Source: an uncultured bacterium (GTDB lineage: Bacteria; Chloroflexota; UBA5177; JANWHV01). Taken from it: a stretch of 64,000 bases of DNA. Shown in pieces: positions 20,324 through 29,895 of this stretch. The notes under the pieces were generated by a model that worked only from the letters and a program-made list of their open reading frames with translations, ran no database searches and was not told the origin of the DNA. The number at the start of each line of letters is the position of its first letter. Within the stretch, counting starts at the first letter, position 1. The stretch is taken from positions 544,001-608,000 of the forward strand of contig CAWHAE010000012.1 in NCBI GenBank assembly GCA_963827235.1, given 5' to 3'. A program made the position numbers and the translations under genes.

Positions 20324-20467
20324 CCACCGCGTTCGGCCCACGGGCGTGAGCCGGCTTGCTCTTGTGAACGGTAAGACGATCGGCTGGGTCCGAGTCCCAA
20401 TCGACGGGTCAGCTCTCAGAGGATGAAAAGCCGGCTCCGCCCGCCCTTCGCGGGCAGGAGGCAGAGC

Positions 20468-21427
20468 ATGGCGATCGCAGAGACAGGCGGCGAGGCGCCA
20501 ACCCGGGTCAGACGACCCTACTTCTCCACGCTCGCGGGGCGCGAGGCGATCGTGGGGTACGTTTTCCTGCTCCCGTGGGTTATCGGGTTCCTGTGGTTCG
20601 TGGCGGGCCCGGTCGTCGTCGCGTTGGGAATGAGCTTCACTGACTTCAGCGGCGGCGCATCGTTTCACTGGATAGGCTTTGCGAACTTCCACGACATGTT
20701 CGCCCACGACGCCCTGTTCCCCCAGTCCCTGAAGGTTACCGCGGTCTTCACGGCCTTGACGGTGCCGTTGGGACTATGCCTCTCCCTGACCATCGCCTTG
20801 CTGCTCAATCATAAGGTCCGCTTGCTCCCTATCTGGCGCACGATCTTCTATCTGCCGTCGCTGGTCACCGGCGCGGCCATCGCGCTGCTCTGGCAGTTCA
20901 TGTTCAACGAACAGTTTGGCCTGCTCAACTCAGTGCTCAACATGTTCAACATTCAGTCTGTACCATGGCTCTCCAGCGAGAATTGGGTTATCCCGTCGCT
21001 GGTCATAGCCAGCCTCTGGGGCAGCACCAACGGCATGCTGGTGTTTCTGAGCGGTCTGCAGTCTATTCCCACCGAGTTGTATGAAGCATCCATGCTCGAC
21101 GGGGCCGGCCCGCTGCGCAAATTCAGGCATGTCACGATCCCGTTGCTCACCCCAACGATCTTCTACAACCTCATCCTCGGCATTATCAACAGCTTTCAAG
21201 TATTCACGTTGGTCTACGTGCTCACCCTCGGCGTGAACGGTGGCGCCGTGGGCGGACCCAACTACGCGAGCTATGTCTACTCGATTTATATCTACCAGAC
21301 GGCCTTCCAGTTCAGCCGGCTCGGGTACGCGGCGGCGCTCGGCTGGGTCCTGTTCGCTGTTGTGCTCGGCCTTACCGTTGCCGTGTTTCGCTCCTCCCGT
21401 TATTGGGTGTTCTACTCCGGTGAATAG
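20468..21427 (+). CDS. Sugar ABC transporter permease
   Basis: RBS AGGAGG, TM segments and LYEASMLDGAG. Confidence 0.92.
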   Translation: MAIAETGGEAPTRVRRPYFSTLAGREAIVGYVFLLPWVIGFLWFVAGPVVVALGMSFTDFSGGASFHWIGFANFHDMFAHDALFPQSLKVTAVFTALTVPLGLCLSLTIALLLNHKVRLLPIWRTIFYLPSLVTGAAIALLWQFMFNEQFGLLNSVLNMFNIQSVPWLSSENWVIPSLVIASLWGSTNGMLVFLSGLQSIPTELYEASMLDGAGPLRKFRHVTIPLLTPTIFYNLILGIINSFQVFTLVYVLTLGVNGGAVGGPNYASYVYSIYIYQTAFQFSRLGYAAALGWVLFAVVLGLTVAVFRSSRYWVFYSGE

Positions 21428-21472
21428 CATGGAGGCTCGCATGCCGTCCGCCTGCAGGCGAGGGAGAGAACG

Positions 21473-22357
21473 TTGAACTCGACCGCGATACATGGGATTG
21501 GCCTAAGACGCCGTCGACGCGCTCGCTACCTTGCGGCCGCAGGACTGCGGCGTACGCTGCTGTATTTGCTTCTGGCCGTAGGCGCAGTTGTATTGTTGTT
21601 TCCCCTGTTCTGGATGGTTTCGAGCAGCCTGAAGCCGACCGACGAGTTGAACGCCTATCCCATCATCTGGTGGCCGAGCCATCTGGTTTGGGATAACTAC
21701 AGCACGATGTGGAACACGGTGCCGTTTCTCACTTACTTCAAGAATTCCTGCACGATCGCTGTCATCTCCACTGCAGGCACGACGTTCAGCTCATCGCTGG
21801 TGGGTTTCAGCTTTGCCCGTCTGCGTTTTCCCGGCCGGAACGTTCTGTTCCTACTGGCGGTCAGCACGCTCATAGTTCCCAACTGGCTTACACTCATTCC
21901 CCAGTTCGTGCTGTTCAAGAATTTGGGCTGGCTCGACACGTTTGCGCCGCTCATCGTACCGCAGCTCTTCGCCCAGCCGTTTGCCGTGTTCCTGCTGCGA
22001 CAGTTCTTTCTGACTCTTCCGCGCGAAATAGAGGAGGCGGCGAAAATCGACGGCAGCGGCTACTTCCGCATCTTCTGGAGCATCGGTGTCCCCGCCGTGC
22101 GGCCGGCGCTGATCACAGTCGCCGCGTTCACGTTCCTCTACAACTGGAACGATTACTTCTATCCCCTGGTCTACTTATCGAGCGACACCAATTTCACGCT
22201 TCCCCTCGGGCTGACGACGCTTCAGGGCCAGTACGTCACGCATACCGAATTGCTCATGGCGGGTTTGGTGCTCGCCGTGCTGCCGTGTATCGCGCTGTTC
22301 CTGGTCTGCCAGCGCTGGTTTATCCAGGGCATCGTGGTGACCGGCGTGAAGGGCTAG
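21473..22357 (+). CDS. Sugar ABC transporter permease
   Basis: LLRQFFLTLPREIEEAAKIDG. Ends GVKG. Confidence 0.92.
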   Translation: MNSTAIHGIGLRRRRRARYLAAAGLRRTLLYLLLAVGAVVLLFPLFWMVSSSLKPTDELNAYPIIWWPSHLVWDNYSTMWNTVPFLTYFKNSCTIAVISTAGTTFSSSLVGFSFARLRFPGRNVLFLLAVSTLIVPNWLTLIPQFVLFKNLGWLDTFAPLIVPQLFAQPFAVFLLRQFFLTLPREIEEAAKIDGSGYFRIFWSIGVPAVRPALITVAAFTFLYNWNDYFYPLVYLSSDTNFTLPLGLTTLQGQYVTHTELLMAGLVLAVLPCIALFLVCQRWFIQGIVVTGVKG

Positions 22358-22553
22358 CCGAGAACGGCACGTCGCGGAGGTGGTTGGACGGGAGTCGCCG
22401 CACGGCATGGGTTGAGCGGAGAACGGCGTGTTTTGGGCGACCCGACACCGTCTCCGGTGCACGCCTGGTCGATCGGCAGAGCAGCGAAGCTTGGTGCGAG
22501 CATGTTGCGCGCGAGGCCCCTGGCGGGCCGGTGGTTAGTGGAAAGGTAGGAGC

Positions 22554-24479
22554 ATGGCGACCCTGAGCAGGAGCGAATACTGGGACAAGGTCTTTGGGTG
22601 CTGGTTGGGCAAGAACTGCGGCGGGACGCTGGGCGCCCCGCTGGAAAAGGCCTATTCCGAGCCGGACCCCTACAACATCGACTGGTACCCGGAACTACGG
22701 GAGGGCGGTATTCCCAACGACGACCTCGAGCTGCAGCTCATCTGGCTGAAAGCGGTGGAGGAGCGCGGCTTCGACGTGACCGCGCCGTTGCTCGCCCAGT
22801 ACTGGCTCGATCATGTCGGCTACAACTGGGACGAGTACGGACTGCACAAGACAAACCTGCGTCTTGGCCTCACGCCGCCCGTATCGGGCTTCTACAATAA
22901 CTGGTTCCGCGACTGCATGGGTTCGCCCATTCGATCCGAGATATGGGCGTGCCTGGCCCCGGGCGAGCCTGCCCTCGCCGCGCAGTATGCCTACCATGAC
23001 GCCATCGTCGACCATGCCGGCGGAGAGAGCGTCTGGGGCGAGATGTTCAACGCCGCTCTTCAGTCCTCTGCATTCGTGCTGCAGGATCCGCAGAAGCTGC
23101 TGGACATTGCATTGAGCTATATCCCTGCCACCTCCCTCACGGCCCGCGCCGTGCAGGCGGCACGGGCGGCGCACCGAGACGGCGTTGGATGGAAGGAGGC
23201 GCGCTCCCGGGTGATCGCCACCGCCCCGCATTACGTCGCGCAGTTCTCGCCACCCAACATCGGCTTCCAGGTGTTGGGCTGGCTTTACGGCAGCGATTTC
23301 GGCGACGTGCTCTGCACGACCGTGAACTGCGGCTTCGACACCGATTGCACCGGCGCGACCGTCGGCGCGCTGCTCGGCATCCTGCTGGGACGCCGGGGCC
23401 TGCCGGAACGCTGGACGGCGCCGCTCGGCGAGGCCATCGCCACCAACGAAAGCTGGGGCGGCCTGCGCAACACGTCCACCGGTGCCAATCCGGTACCGGC
23501 AAACCTGACCGACCTAACCGATCGCACGGTTGCCCAGGGTGAGCGCCTGCTCGTGCTGCGTGGCACCTCCCTGCGCATCGGCGAGCACACCGACCTCGCC
23601 GACCTCGACCCCAGCTCACTCTACGCGGCAGCAGGCAAGATTCCGGTCAATCCCGATCCTCTGCGCCTGCCCTACAGCCTCGGCGCGCTCGACGTCGGCG
23701 TGGTGTACGCCGACTCGCCGGCTATCGCCGTAGGCGCCCAGGCTCGAGTGAGCGTGGAGCTGCACAATCCGCACCGCGACCCGGTCCACGCCGTGGTACG
23801 CCTGGCCGCTCCCGATCAGTGGTCGGTGACGCCGGGCGACGCACAGGTGATCGATCTGCCCGCGGGCGAGGCGACCTCGCTGTCGTTCACCGTGCAAGTC
23901 CACGACCCCCAGTGCGTGGCGAACGGCAATCTGGCCCGGCTGGAGATCGTGCCCTCCGACCGGCCGGCGGAAGCGAGCATCCCGGTGGTCTTTGCAGGCG
24001 CGCGTTGCTGGCAGATCTGGGGACCGCACCCTGCCGGTGGCTCAGTGGACGCCGCGCTCGACGCGACGCACGCGCCCGAGCAGGACCCCGCCGGCGGCCA
24101 CGAGTGGCGTACCGTCTATGCTCCTGACAACGCCATGCCGCTGCCCGAAGACTGGACTGGCGTGCTCTACGCCCGTATCTACCTGCACAGCCGGGAGGCG
24201 CGGGAAGTGCGCATCGGCGTGCCGGCGACCTGCCCCCGCAAGCTGTGGCTGAACGGCAAGCCCCTGCACGAGGTGCGCGAGACCAATCTGCTCCGGCCCA
24301 ACTACAACGGCGACGGCATGTCCTACGTCAATACGTCGCTGGACAAGGGCTGGAACACGGTGCTGGTCAAGTACGTCCGCGAGGCGGGGATGCCGCCGTT
24401 CGGCGCGCACTTCATCCTTGCCACCACCGGGCTCTTCCACGGCGTGCACGACGTCGGATGGACGCAACTGCCCGCATAG
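22554..24479 (+). CDS. ADP-ribosylglycohydrolase family protein with C-terminal Ig-like (NEW3-like) and beta-sandwich domains
   Basis: GCWLG...GGTLGAPLE, NDDLELQ and GFDTDCTGATVGA. C-terminal PDQWSVTP and KLWLNGK..LDKGWNTVLVK. Confidence 0.82.
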   Translation: MATLSRSEYWDKVFGCWLGKNCGGTLGAPLEKAYSEPDPYNIDWYPELREGGIPNDDLELQLIWLKAVEERGFDVTAPLLAQYWLDHVGYNWDEYGLHKTNLRLGLTPPVSGFYNNWFRDCMGSPIRSEIWACLAPGEPALAAQYAYHDAIVDHAGGESVWGEMFNAALQSSAFVLQDPQKLLDIALSYIPATSLTARAVQAARAAHRDGVGWKEARSRVIATAPHYVAQFSPPNIGFQVLGWLYGSDFGDVLCTTVNCGFDTDCTGATVGALLGILLGRRGLPERWTAPLGEAIATNESWGGLRNTSTGANPVPANLTDLTDRTVAQGERLLVLRGTSLRIGEHTDLADLDPSSLYAAAGKIPVNPDPLRLPYSLGALDVGVVYADSPAIAVGAQARVSVELHNPHRDPVHAVVRLAAPDQWSVTPGDAQVIDLPAGEATSLSFTVQVHDPQCVANGNLARLEIVPSDRPAEASIPVVFAGARCWQIWGPHPAGGSVDAALDATHAPEQDPAGGHEWRTVYAPDNAMPLPEDWTGVLYARIYLHSREAREVRIGVPATCPRKLWLNGKPLHEVRETNLLRPNYNGDGMSYVNTSLDKGWNTVLVKYVREAGMPPFGAHFILATTGLFHGVHDVGWTQLPA

Positions 24480-24494
24480 AACGCCAGCGAGCGT

Positions 24495-24525
24495 CTGATG
24501 GCCGGCTGCCGCGGCCGGCCATCAG
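24495..24525 (+). terminator. GC-rich hairpin after the ADP-ribosylglycohydrolase gene
   Basis: 12-bp stem CTGATGGCCGGC/GCCGGCCATCAG. No U-tract. Confidence 0.45.
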
Positions 24526-24814
24526 GCTCGTCGGTGGCCGCTAGCTCTGTCCCGGGATGTACAGCTCCGTCCCTTCCCAGTCGCGACCGGAGGCCGCCGT
24601 CACCCACCCAACCCAGGACCGCGGTCCCGCCTTTGGCGCCATGAGCGATCGCGGTCGCGGGTCATCGTCTCGCGTTCATCCGGCCGCAGCCGGACCCGTC
24701 CCTGCCTTCCTGCCGAGGATGGGGGCCGGGTTCCCCTGTCGCCGCCTTCCTGCCGCATACTTACTGGGAGCGGGCAGCCGGGAGTTGCTGCTCGCCGGAC
24801 GGAGGACGACGCCT

Positions 24815-25810
24815 TTGACGCCAAGAGAACGATTCCTGCGCGTGCTGAACTTCGGACGGCCCGACGAGCGGTTGCCCATGGTCGAATGGGCCGCCTGGTG
24901 GGACAAGACGACGGAGCGCTGGCAGGGCGAGGGCCTGCCTGCCGGCCTGGATCTCTGCCAATCGCTCGACTACTTCGGCCTGGATAAACTGCTACTGCTG
25001 ACTGCGGCGGCGGCGTCGCCGGCCTGCCCGCAGCCGGCCTCGAATGGTGCCGGCATCATCACCGACGAGGCCTCGTACGAGGCCATCCGGCCATATCTCT
25101 TTGCCGACGAGATCCTCGAGCAGGTGGTGCGTCAGGCGGAGGTGCTCAAGCCGGCTCACGAGGCGGGCGAGATCATCGTCCGACTCTGGCTGGACGGCTT
25201 CTTCTGGTTCCCCAGAACGCTGCTCGGCATCGAGCCTCACCTCTACGCTTTCTACGATCAGGCGGCGCTGCTGCACCGCATCAACCGCGAGCTTGCCGGG
25301 TTCAATGTCCGCGTCGTCGAGGAGCTCTGCCGGGTCCTGGTGCCCGACATGGTTGGGTTCGCCGAGGACATGTCGTACAACCGCGGGCCGATGCTCTCAT
25401 ACAGGCATTTCCGGGACTTTCTTGCTCCCTACTATGACGAGGTCATTCCCCATATCAGGAAGCAGGGAATCAAGGTGTTCGTCGACAGCGATGGCGACGT
25501 GACCTCGATGATTCCCTGGTTCGTCGAGGCGGGAATCGAAGGCGTCTATCCGCTGGAGCGGCAGGCAGGGGTAGACATCGCCCGCATCCGCGAGGAACAT
25601 TCCCAGTTCCTGATGATGGGCGGCTACGACAAGATGGTGATGCCGTTGGGCGAGGCGGCGATGCGCGCCGAATTCGAGCGGCTGTTGCCGGTGATGCGAC
25701 TGGGCGGTTACGTGCCCTCCGTCGATCACCAGACACCGCCGGGCGTGTCGCTGGAGAACTACTGCACATACGTGAGGCTGTTCCAGGAATACGCACGCAT
25801 GGCCGTGTAA
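24815..25810 (+). CDS. Uroporphyrinogen decarboxylase/MtaA-like family protein
   Basis: TTG start after GGAGGA gives MTPRERF. AEDMSYNRGPMLS, VDSDG, GGYDK and GGYVPSVDH. Confidence 0.82.
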   Translation: MTPRERFLRVLNFGRPDERLPMVEWAAWWDKTTERWQGEGLPAGLDLCQSLDYFGLDKLLLLTAAAASPACPQPASNGAGIITDEASYEAIRPYLFADEILEQVVRQAEVLKPAHEAGEIIVRLWLDGFFWFPRTLLGIEPHLYAFYDQAALLHRINRELAGFNVRVVEELCRVLVPDMVGFAEDMSYNRGPMLSYRHFRDFLAPYYDEVIPHIRKQGIKVFVDSDGDVTSMIPWFVEAGIEGVYPLERQAGVDIARIREEHSQFLMMGGYDKMVMPLGEAAMRAEFERLLPVMRLGGYVPSVDHQTPPGVSLENYCTYVRLFQEYARMAV

Positions 25811-25883
25811 GCGGTGTCTTTCTTGTGGACCACGTCATCAAGGGCCTAACCGAGGCGCCGTGAAGTTGTAGAAGTGAGCCACC

Positions 25884-28601
25884 ATGTCCGGCTTTACCGA
25901 CCTGCGTAGCCAGTTCACCGGCGCCGAGCCGGCCCGCTCACTCACTCCGCTCTTCTGGGTCCGCGGCGAGCCGCCCGAGTTGCTGCTGGCCGAGATCGCG
26001 CGCATGGACGAGGCGGGGATGGCAGGTTTCGTCGTCGAATCGCGCACCCACCCCGAGTTCCTGGGCGATTGGTGGTGGCAAGACCTGGAAGCGATCGTCG
26101 ACGAGGCTTCCCGGCGCGATATGAAGGTGTGGCTGATGGACGACGAACACTATCCGTCGGGCTACGCAGCCGGGGCGGCGACGCGCCACCGGCCCGATCT
26201 GCTCAAGCGCTACCTGGCCGAGCGGCACGTCGATCTCCAGGGCCCGCTTCCCTACGCGAGCTTCGCGGTTGAGGAGATCGGGTCGCTGATCCACTCCGAG
26301 GAGCTGATCGCCGTAGTGGTCGGAAGGTGCCCGGAGCGCGACCGTGCCGCGGGCGAAGCCCGCTACGACGTCGTCGACGGAGAGTCTCTCGTGGACCTCA
26401 CCGAGTCGGTTCGCGACGGTATGCTCCGTTGGGCCGTTCCCGCCGGCGGCTGGCGCCTGTTCGTGATCGTAACAACGCGCGAAGGCGGCGAGCCATGGAC
26501 CCGCGACTTCATCGATCCGCTCAGCGAGGAAGCGGTCGACTTCTACGTCGAGACGGTCCACGCTGCCGTGCTCGCCCACCTGGGCCGGCACGTCGGAGTC
26601 ACTTTCCAGGGTTTCTTCACCGATGAGCCCCGGTTTGGCAACGCGCCGAGCTACGAAAGCATGCCCGGTGAGGAGGGCCAGGTGCTGCCTTTCACGCGCG
26701 GCTTGCTGGAGGCGTTCGCGCAGCGCGCAGGCTACGCTCCCCGACGCTGGCTGCCGGCGCTCTGGTACGACTGCGGCCCGCGAACGGACACGGTGCGCCA
26801 CGACTACATGGATCTGGTGAGCGCGCGTTTCGCGGACGTCTTCACGCGGCGCATCGGCGACTGGTGCCGGGGGCATGGCGTGCGCTTCATCGGTCATCTG
26901 GTCGAGGACAACGGCGCCCACGCGCGGCTCGGCTACGGCGCCGGGCATTTCTTCCGCTGCATGGCCGGGCTGGATATGGGCGGGCTGGACGTGGTGGGTT
27001 ACCAGGTTCGGCCGGGCTTCACCAGCGGGCACATGGCCTCTGCCTTCGGCCGGCTCGACATGAAGTTCTTCAACTGGGCGCTGGCCAAGCTGGCCAGCTC
27101 GGCGGCTCATCACACGCCGCGCATGGGTGGGCTGACCATGGCCGAGTCCTACGGCGCCTTTGGATGGGCCGAGGGACTCAAGATGTTGAAGTGGATCACC
27201 GACTGGATGTGCGTGCGCGGCGTGAACTTCATCGTGCCGCACGCCTTCAGCCCGGCCGCCTTTCCCGATCCGGATTGCCCGCCCCAGTTCTATGCGGGCG
27301 GTCACCATCCGCAATGGCCGTTCTTTCGAGACTGGGCCGACTATGCCAACCGTACCTGCCGGCTGCTCACCGGAGGGCAGCACGTGGCCGAGGTGCTGGT
27401 GCTCTACCCGGCGGAGTCGTCGTGGGCGGGTCCGGCAGACGGCTGCGAACATGCAGTGGCTGCGCTGGCCGAGGCGCACCTGGACTGCGATATCTGCTCC
27501 TACGATGACTTCTGTGACTCCGAAAGAGTGGGTATCTCGGCGGAAGGGCGGCTGATTTGTGCGGGCGAACAGTACAGTGCCGTCGTCCTTCCGGCCATGG
27601 AGCGAATCTCTCCGCCCGTGCTCGAGCGCCTCATCGCCTGCCGCGAGGCCGGGGTGCTGGTGGCCTGCGCCGGCGGCGTGCCTGTGCTCCCGTGCCGGGA
27701 CGACAATCGGGATGCCGTGGCACGGCTCTCCGCGCGGCTCGCCGAGCCGGCCGTGGGTCGGGCGCCGGCGCCATCTCCGCTCCCCGGTTATGCCGGACTG
27801 GGCCGGCTGCTGTGCGACGGCGGCCTGGGCGACGTGTCGCCCGAGGCAGCGGCCTCCGCTCTCCGGCACTATCACTACCGCCGCGATGGCACGGACATCT
27901 ATTTTCTCACCAACGAGAGCGTTGCCGAGACAGTGGACACTTGGGTCGTGTTTCGGGCCGGTGGCGTGGCCGAGCTCTGGGACCCGCTCACTGCTGTCGC
28001 CGGACCCGCCGTTGCCACCGCGACGGCCGGCGGAACTCGCGTGCACGTCCGGCTCGAGCCGTACCAGTCCACGTTCCTGGTCTTTGACACGCAAGGCTTG
28101 CCACGGGCGACGGCATCGGATCCGCGGCCGGCGGCACCGCCCGTGCAGTCACTCCCCGTGGAGGGCCCATGGCAGGTCGACCGGGCAGCAGCGGAGGAGT
28201 ATCCCGCGTTCACTGCCGAGCCACGCGTGCACGGCCTCGGGGACTGGACGGTGCACGACGGGCTGCGGCGCTTTGCCGGCACGCTGCGCTACCGTGCCAC
28301 GATCTCCATTCCCGATGTTTGGCGCGACCGCGCTGTAACGCTGGATCTGGGTGAAGTCTACGAGCTGGCTCGAGTGCGTGTGAACGGATTGCAACGCGGC
28401 GTCTGTCTCTGCCCGCCCTACCGCTGCCTGCTCGGCGCGGTGCCGCCCGGCGTGCATCTGCTGGAGGTCGAGGTCACGAACACGCTGGGCACGCAGGTGC
28501 TCGATCCCTTCTCCCGTGTGGTGGCCGGGGAGCCGTCGGGGTTGCTCGGCCCGGTCGAGCTGCGCCTGGAAGGGCCGGAGATCAGTGCGCGGCGTGCGTA
28601 G
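25884..28601 (+). CDS. Glycoside hydrolase, GH106 (alpha-L-rhamnosidase)-like, with C-terminal sugar-binding jelly-roll
   Basis: PLFW, WLMDDEHYPSG, GFFTDEP, AESYGA.GW and LDLGEV.E.ARVRVNG..PSGLLGPV. Confidence 0.8.
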   Translation: MSGFTDLRSQFTGAEPARSLTPLFWVRGEPPELLLAEIARMDEAGMAGFVVESRTHPEFLGDWWWQDLEAIVDEASRRDMKVWLMDDEHYPSGYAAGAATRHRPDLLKRYLAERHVDLQGPLPYASFAVEEIGSLIHSEELIAVVVGRCPERDRAAGEARYDVVDGESLVDLTESVRDGMLRWAVPAGGWRLFVIVTTREGGEPWTRDFIDPLSEEAVDFYVETVHAAVLAHLGRHVGVTFQGFFTDEPRFGNAPSYESMPGEEGQVLPFTRGLLEAFAQRAGYAPRRWLPALWYDCGPRTDTVRHDYMDLVSARFADVFTRRIGDWCRGHGVRFIGHLVEDNGAHARLGYGAGHFFRCMAGLDMGGLDVVGYQVRPGFTSGHMASAFGRLDMKFFNWALAKLASSAAHHTPRMGGLTMAESYGAFGWAEGLKMLKWITDWMCVRGVNFIVPHAFSPAAFPDPDCPPQFYAGGHHPQWPFFRDWADYANRTCRLLTGGQHVAEVLVLYPAESSWAGPADGCEHAVAALAEAHLDCDICSYDDFCDSERVGISAEGRLICAGEQYSAVVLPAMERISPPVLERLIACREAGVLVACAGGVPVLPCRDDNRDAVARLSARLAEPAVGRAPAPSPLPGYAGLGRLLCDGGLGDVSPEAAASALRHYHYRRDGTDIYFLTNESVAETVDTWVVFRAGGVAELWDPLTAVAGPAVATATAGGTRVHVRLEPYQSTFLVFDTQGLPRATASDPRPAAPPVQSLPVEGPWQVDRAAAEEYPAFTAEPRVHGLGDWTVHDGLRRFAGTLRYRATISIPDVWRDRAVTLDLGEVYELARVRVNGLQRGVCLCPPYRCLLGAVPPGVHLLEVEVTNTLGTQVLDPFSRVVAGEPSGLLGPVELRLEGPEISARRA

Positions 28602-29763
28602 CGCAGGCCAGGCACCTGTCGTTGCCGGTCCGGTCGGCGGCTACGAAGTACTCCCTGCCGAACAGATCGCGCAGCAGCGACGGCGGGAAGACGGAGGGCT
28701 CGATCGGGAACTGGGTGCGATGCGCCGCCAGCGCCATCGTTTTGGCATATGCGTAGGCTGAGACATCGACGCAGGTCGCGCCGGCGTCCCAGCCGTCCTG
28801 ACCTTGACCACCGTCTCCGGGCATCTGAGCAGGGCTAGCCTGGACGCCGCGGCCGGCGATTCGATCGGGCAGTCGAGGCGACAGCACGAGACAGGTGACT
28901 TCAGTTGCCGCCACCACGCGGGCGGCATGGCGCCCGCCTCGGGCCGTGGCGCGGCCGCCGAACACGTAACCCGGGCCTCGCCGGCCGGCGTCACGCGGCG
29001 AGGTTGGGTCGCCCTCTTCCCTGACCTCTACGCAACCCGAGAGAACCAGGTGCAGTGCGGCGCCGCCGTCGCCCGCGCATACGATCGGCATGTTGGGCGG
29101 GAACCAGCGTACCAGGCCATAATCGCCGGTGTAGCGCATGATTGCCAGGTCGTCGGCCAGCAGCGCCAGGACGTGGGCCAGGGCCGGACTCGTCTCGATT
29201 CCCGCCTGGCCCGACGAGAGCTCGCGCGGCAGCCACTCGGACAGCATCAGGCCGGCCTTGGGGAAGACGCTATAGTAGAGCCGGGGCGCGATGCCGCTAC
29301 GGGCTCCGGCTCCGTGAGCCTCGGCGTCCCCGGCCACCTTCCGGCAGGCAGCGGTGACCGCTCGACTGATCACCATGTGATCCGGATGCCCGTAGGCGCC
29401 GTCAGGGCCAAACGTGATTACCGCGCAGGGACGCAGCTCGCAGATCACCGTGGCGAGGTCGTCCACCAGTATGGTCCGTTTCACGGATTGCAGGGTGCCG
29501 TCGAGGTAGTCCATGCAGCTCACGTGCGCGACGCCGAGCAGGGAACAGGCTCGATGAAGCTCCTGTTCTCGCACGTTGCCCAGGGTTTGCGGCGTGGCCA
29601 CCCGTGCGTCCCGGATCTGCCCGGCATCGCCGCGCGTCGCCGAAACGACGGCGGTGACGCACCCGGCGGCCGCGCACCTGGCCAGCGTGCCGCCAGCGCA
29701 GAACACCTCGTCATCCGGATGCGCGAACACCCCGAGCAAGCGGGGGCGGGGCTGCGGTTCCAT
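28582..29763 (-). CDS. PIG-L/LmbE family deacetylase with an inserted cNMP-binding-like domain
   Basis: AHPDDE, ATRGDAG, YGHPDH and C-terminal ALAAHRTQ. Insert IVCAGDGGAALHLVLSGCVEV..GPGYVFG..HAARVVAATEVTCLVL. Confidence 0.8.
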   Translation of the reverse strand: MEPQPRPRLLGVFAHPDDEVFCAGGTLARCAAAGCVTAVVSATRGDAGQIRDARVATPQTLGNVREQELHRACSLLGVAHVSCMDYLDGTLQSVKRTILVDDLATVICELRPCAVITFGPDGAYGHPDHMVISRAVTAACRKVAGDAEAHGAGARSGIAPRLYYSVFPKAGLMLSEWLPRELSSGQAGIETSPALAHVLALLADDLAIMRYTGDYGLVRWFPPNMPIVCAGDGGAALHLVLSGCVEVREEGDPTSPRDAGRRGPGYVFGGRATARGGRHAARVVAATEVTCLVLSPRLPDRIAGRGVQASPAQMPGDGGQGQDGWDAGATCVDVSAYAYAKTMALAAHRTQFPIEPSVFPPSLLRDLFGREYFVAADRTGNDRCLACATHAAH

Positions 29764-29895
29764 AGCGACTACTGCGACCTCCGGTGTACGTGGGGCTCGA
29801 GAGCGTCGTTCTCTGTCGGCCTCGTCTGCCGAAGCCCGGTCCGAAAGAACCGTGGCGAAAGACGACGGCTAGAGCCGGGTTCGATTCAAATCAGA

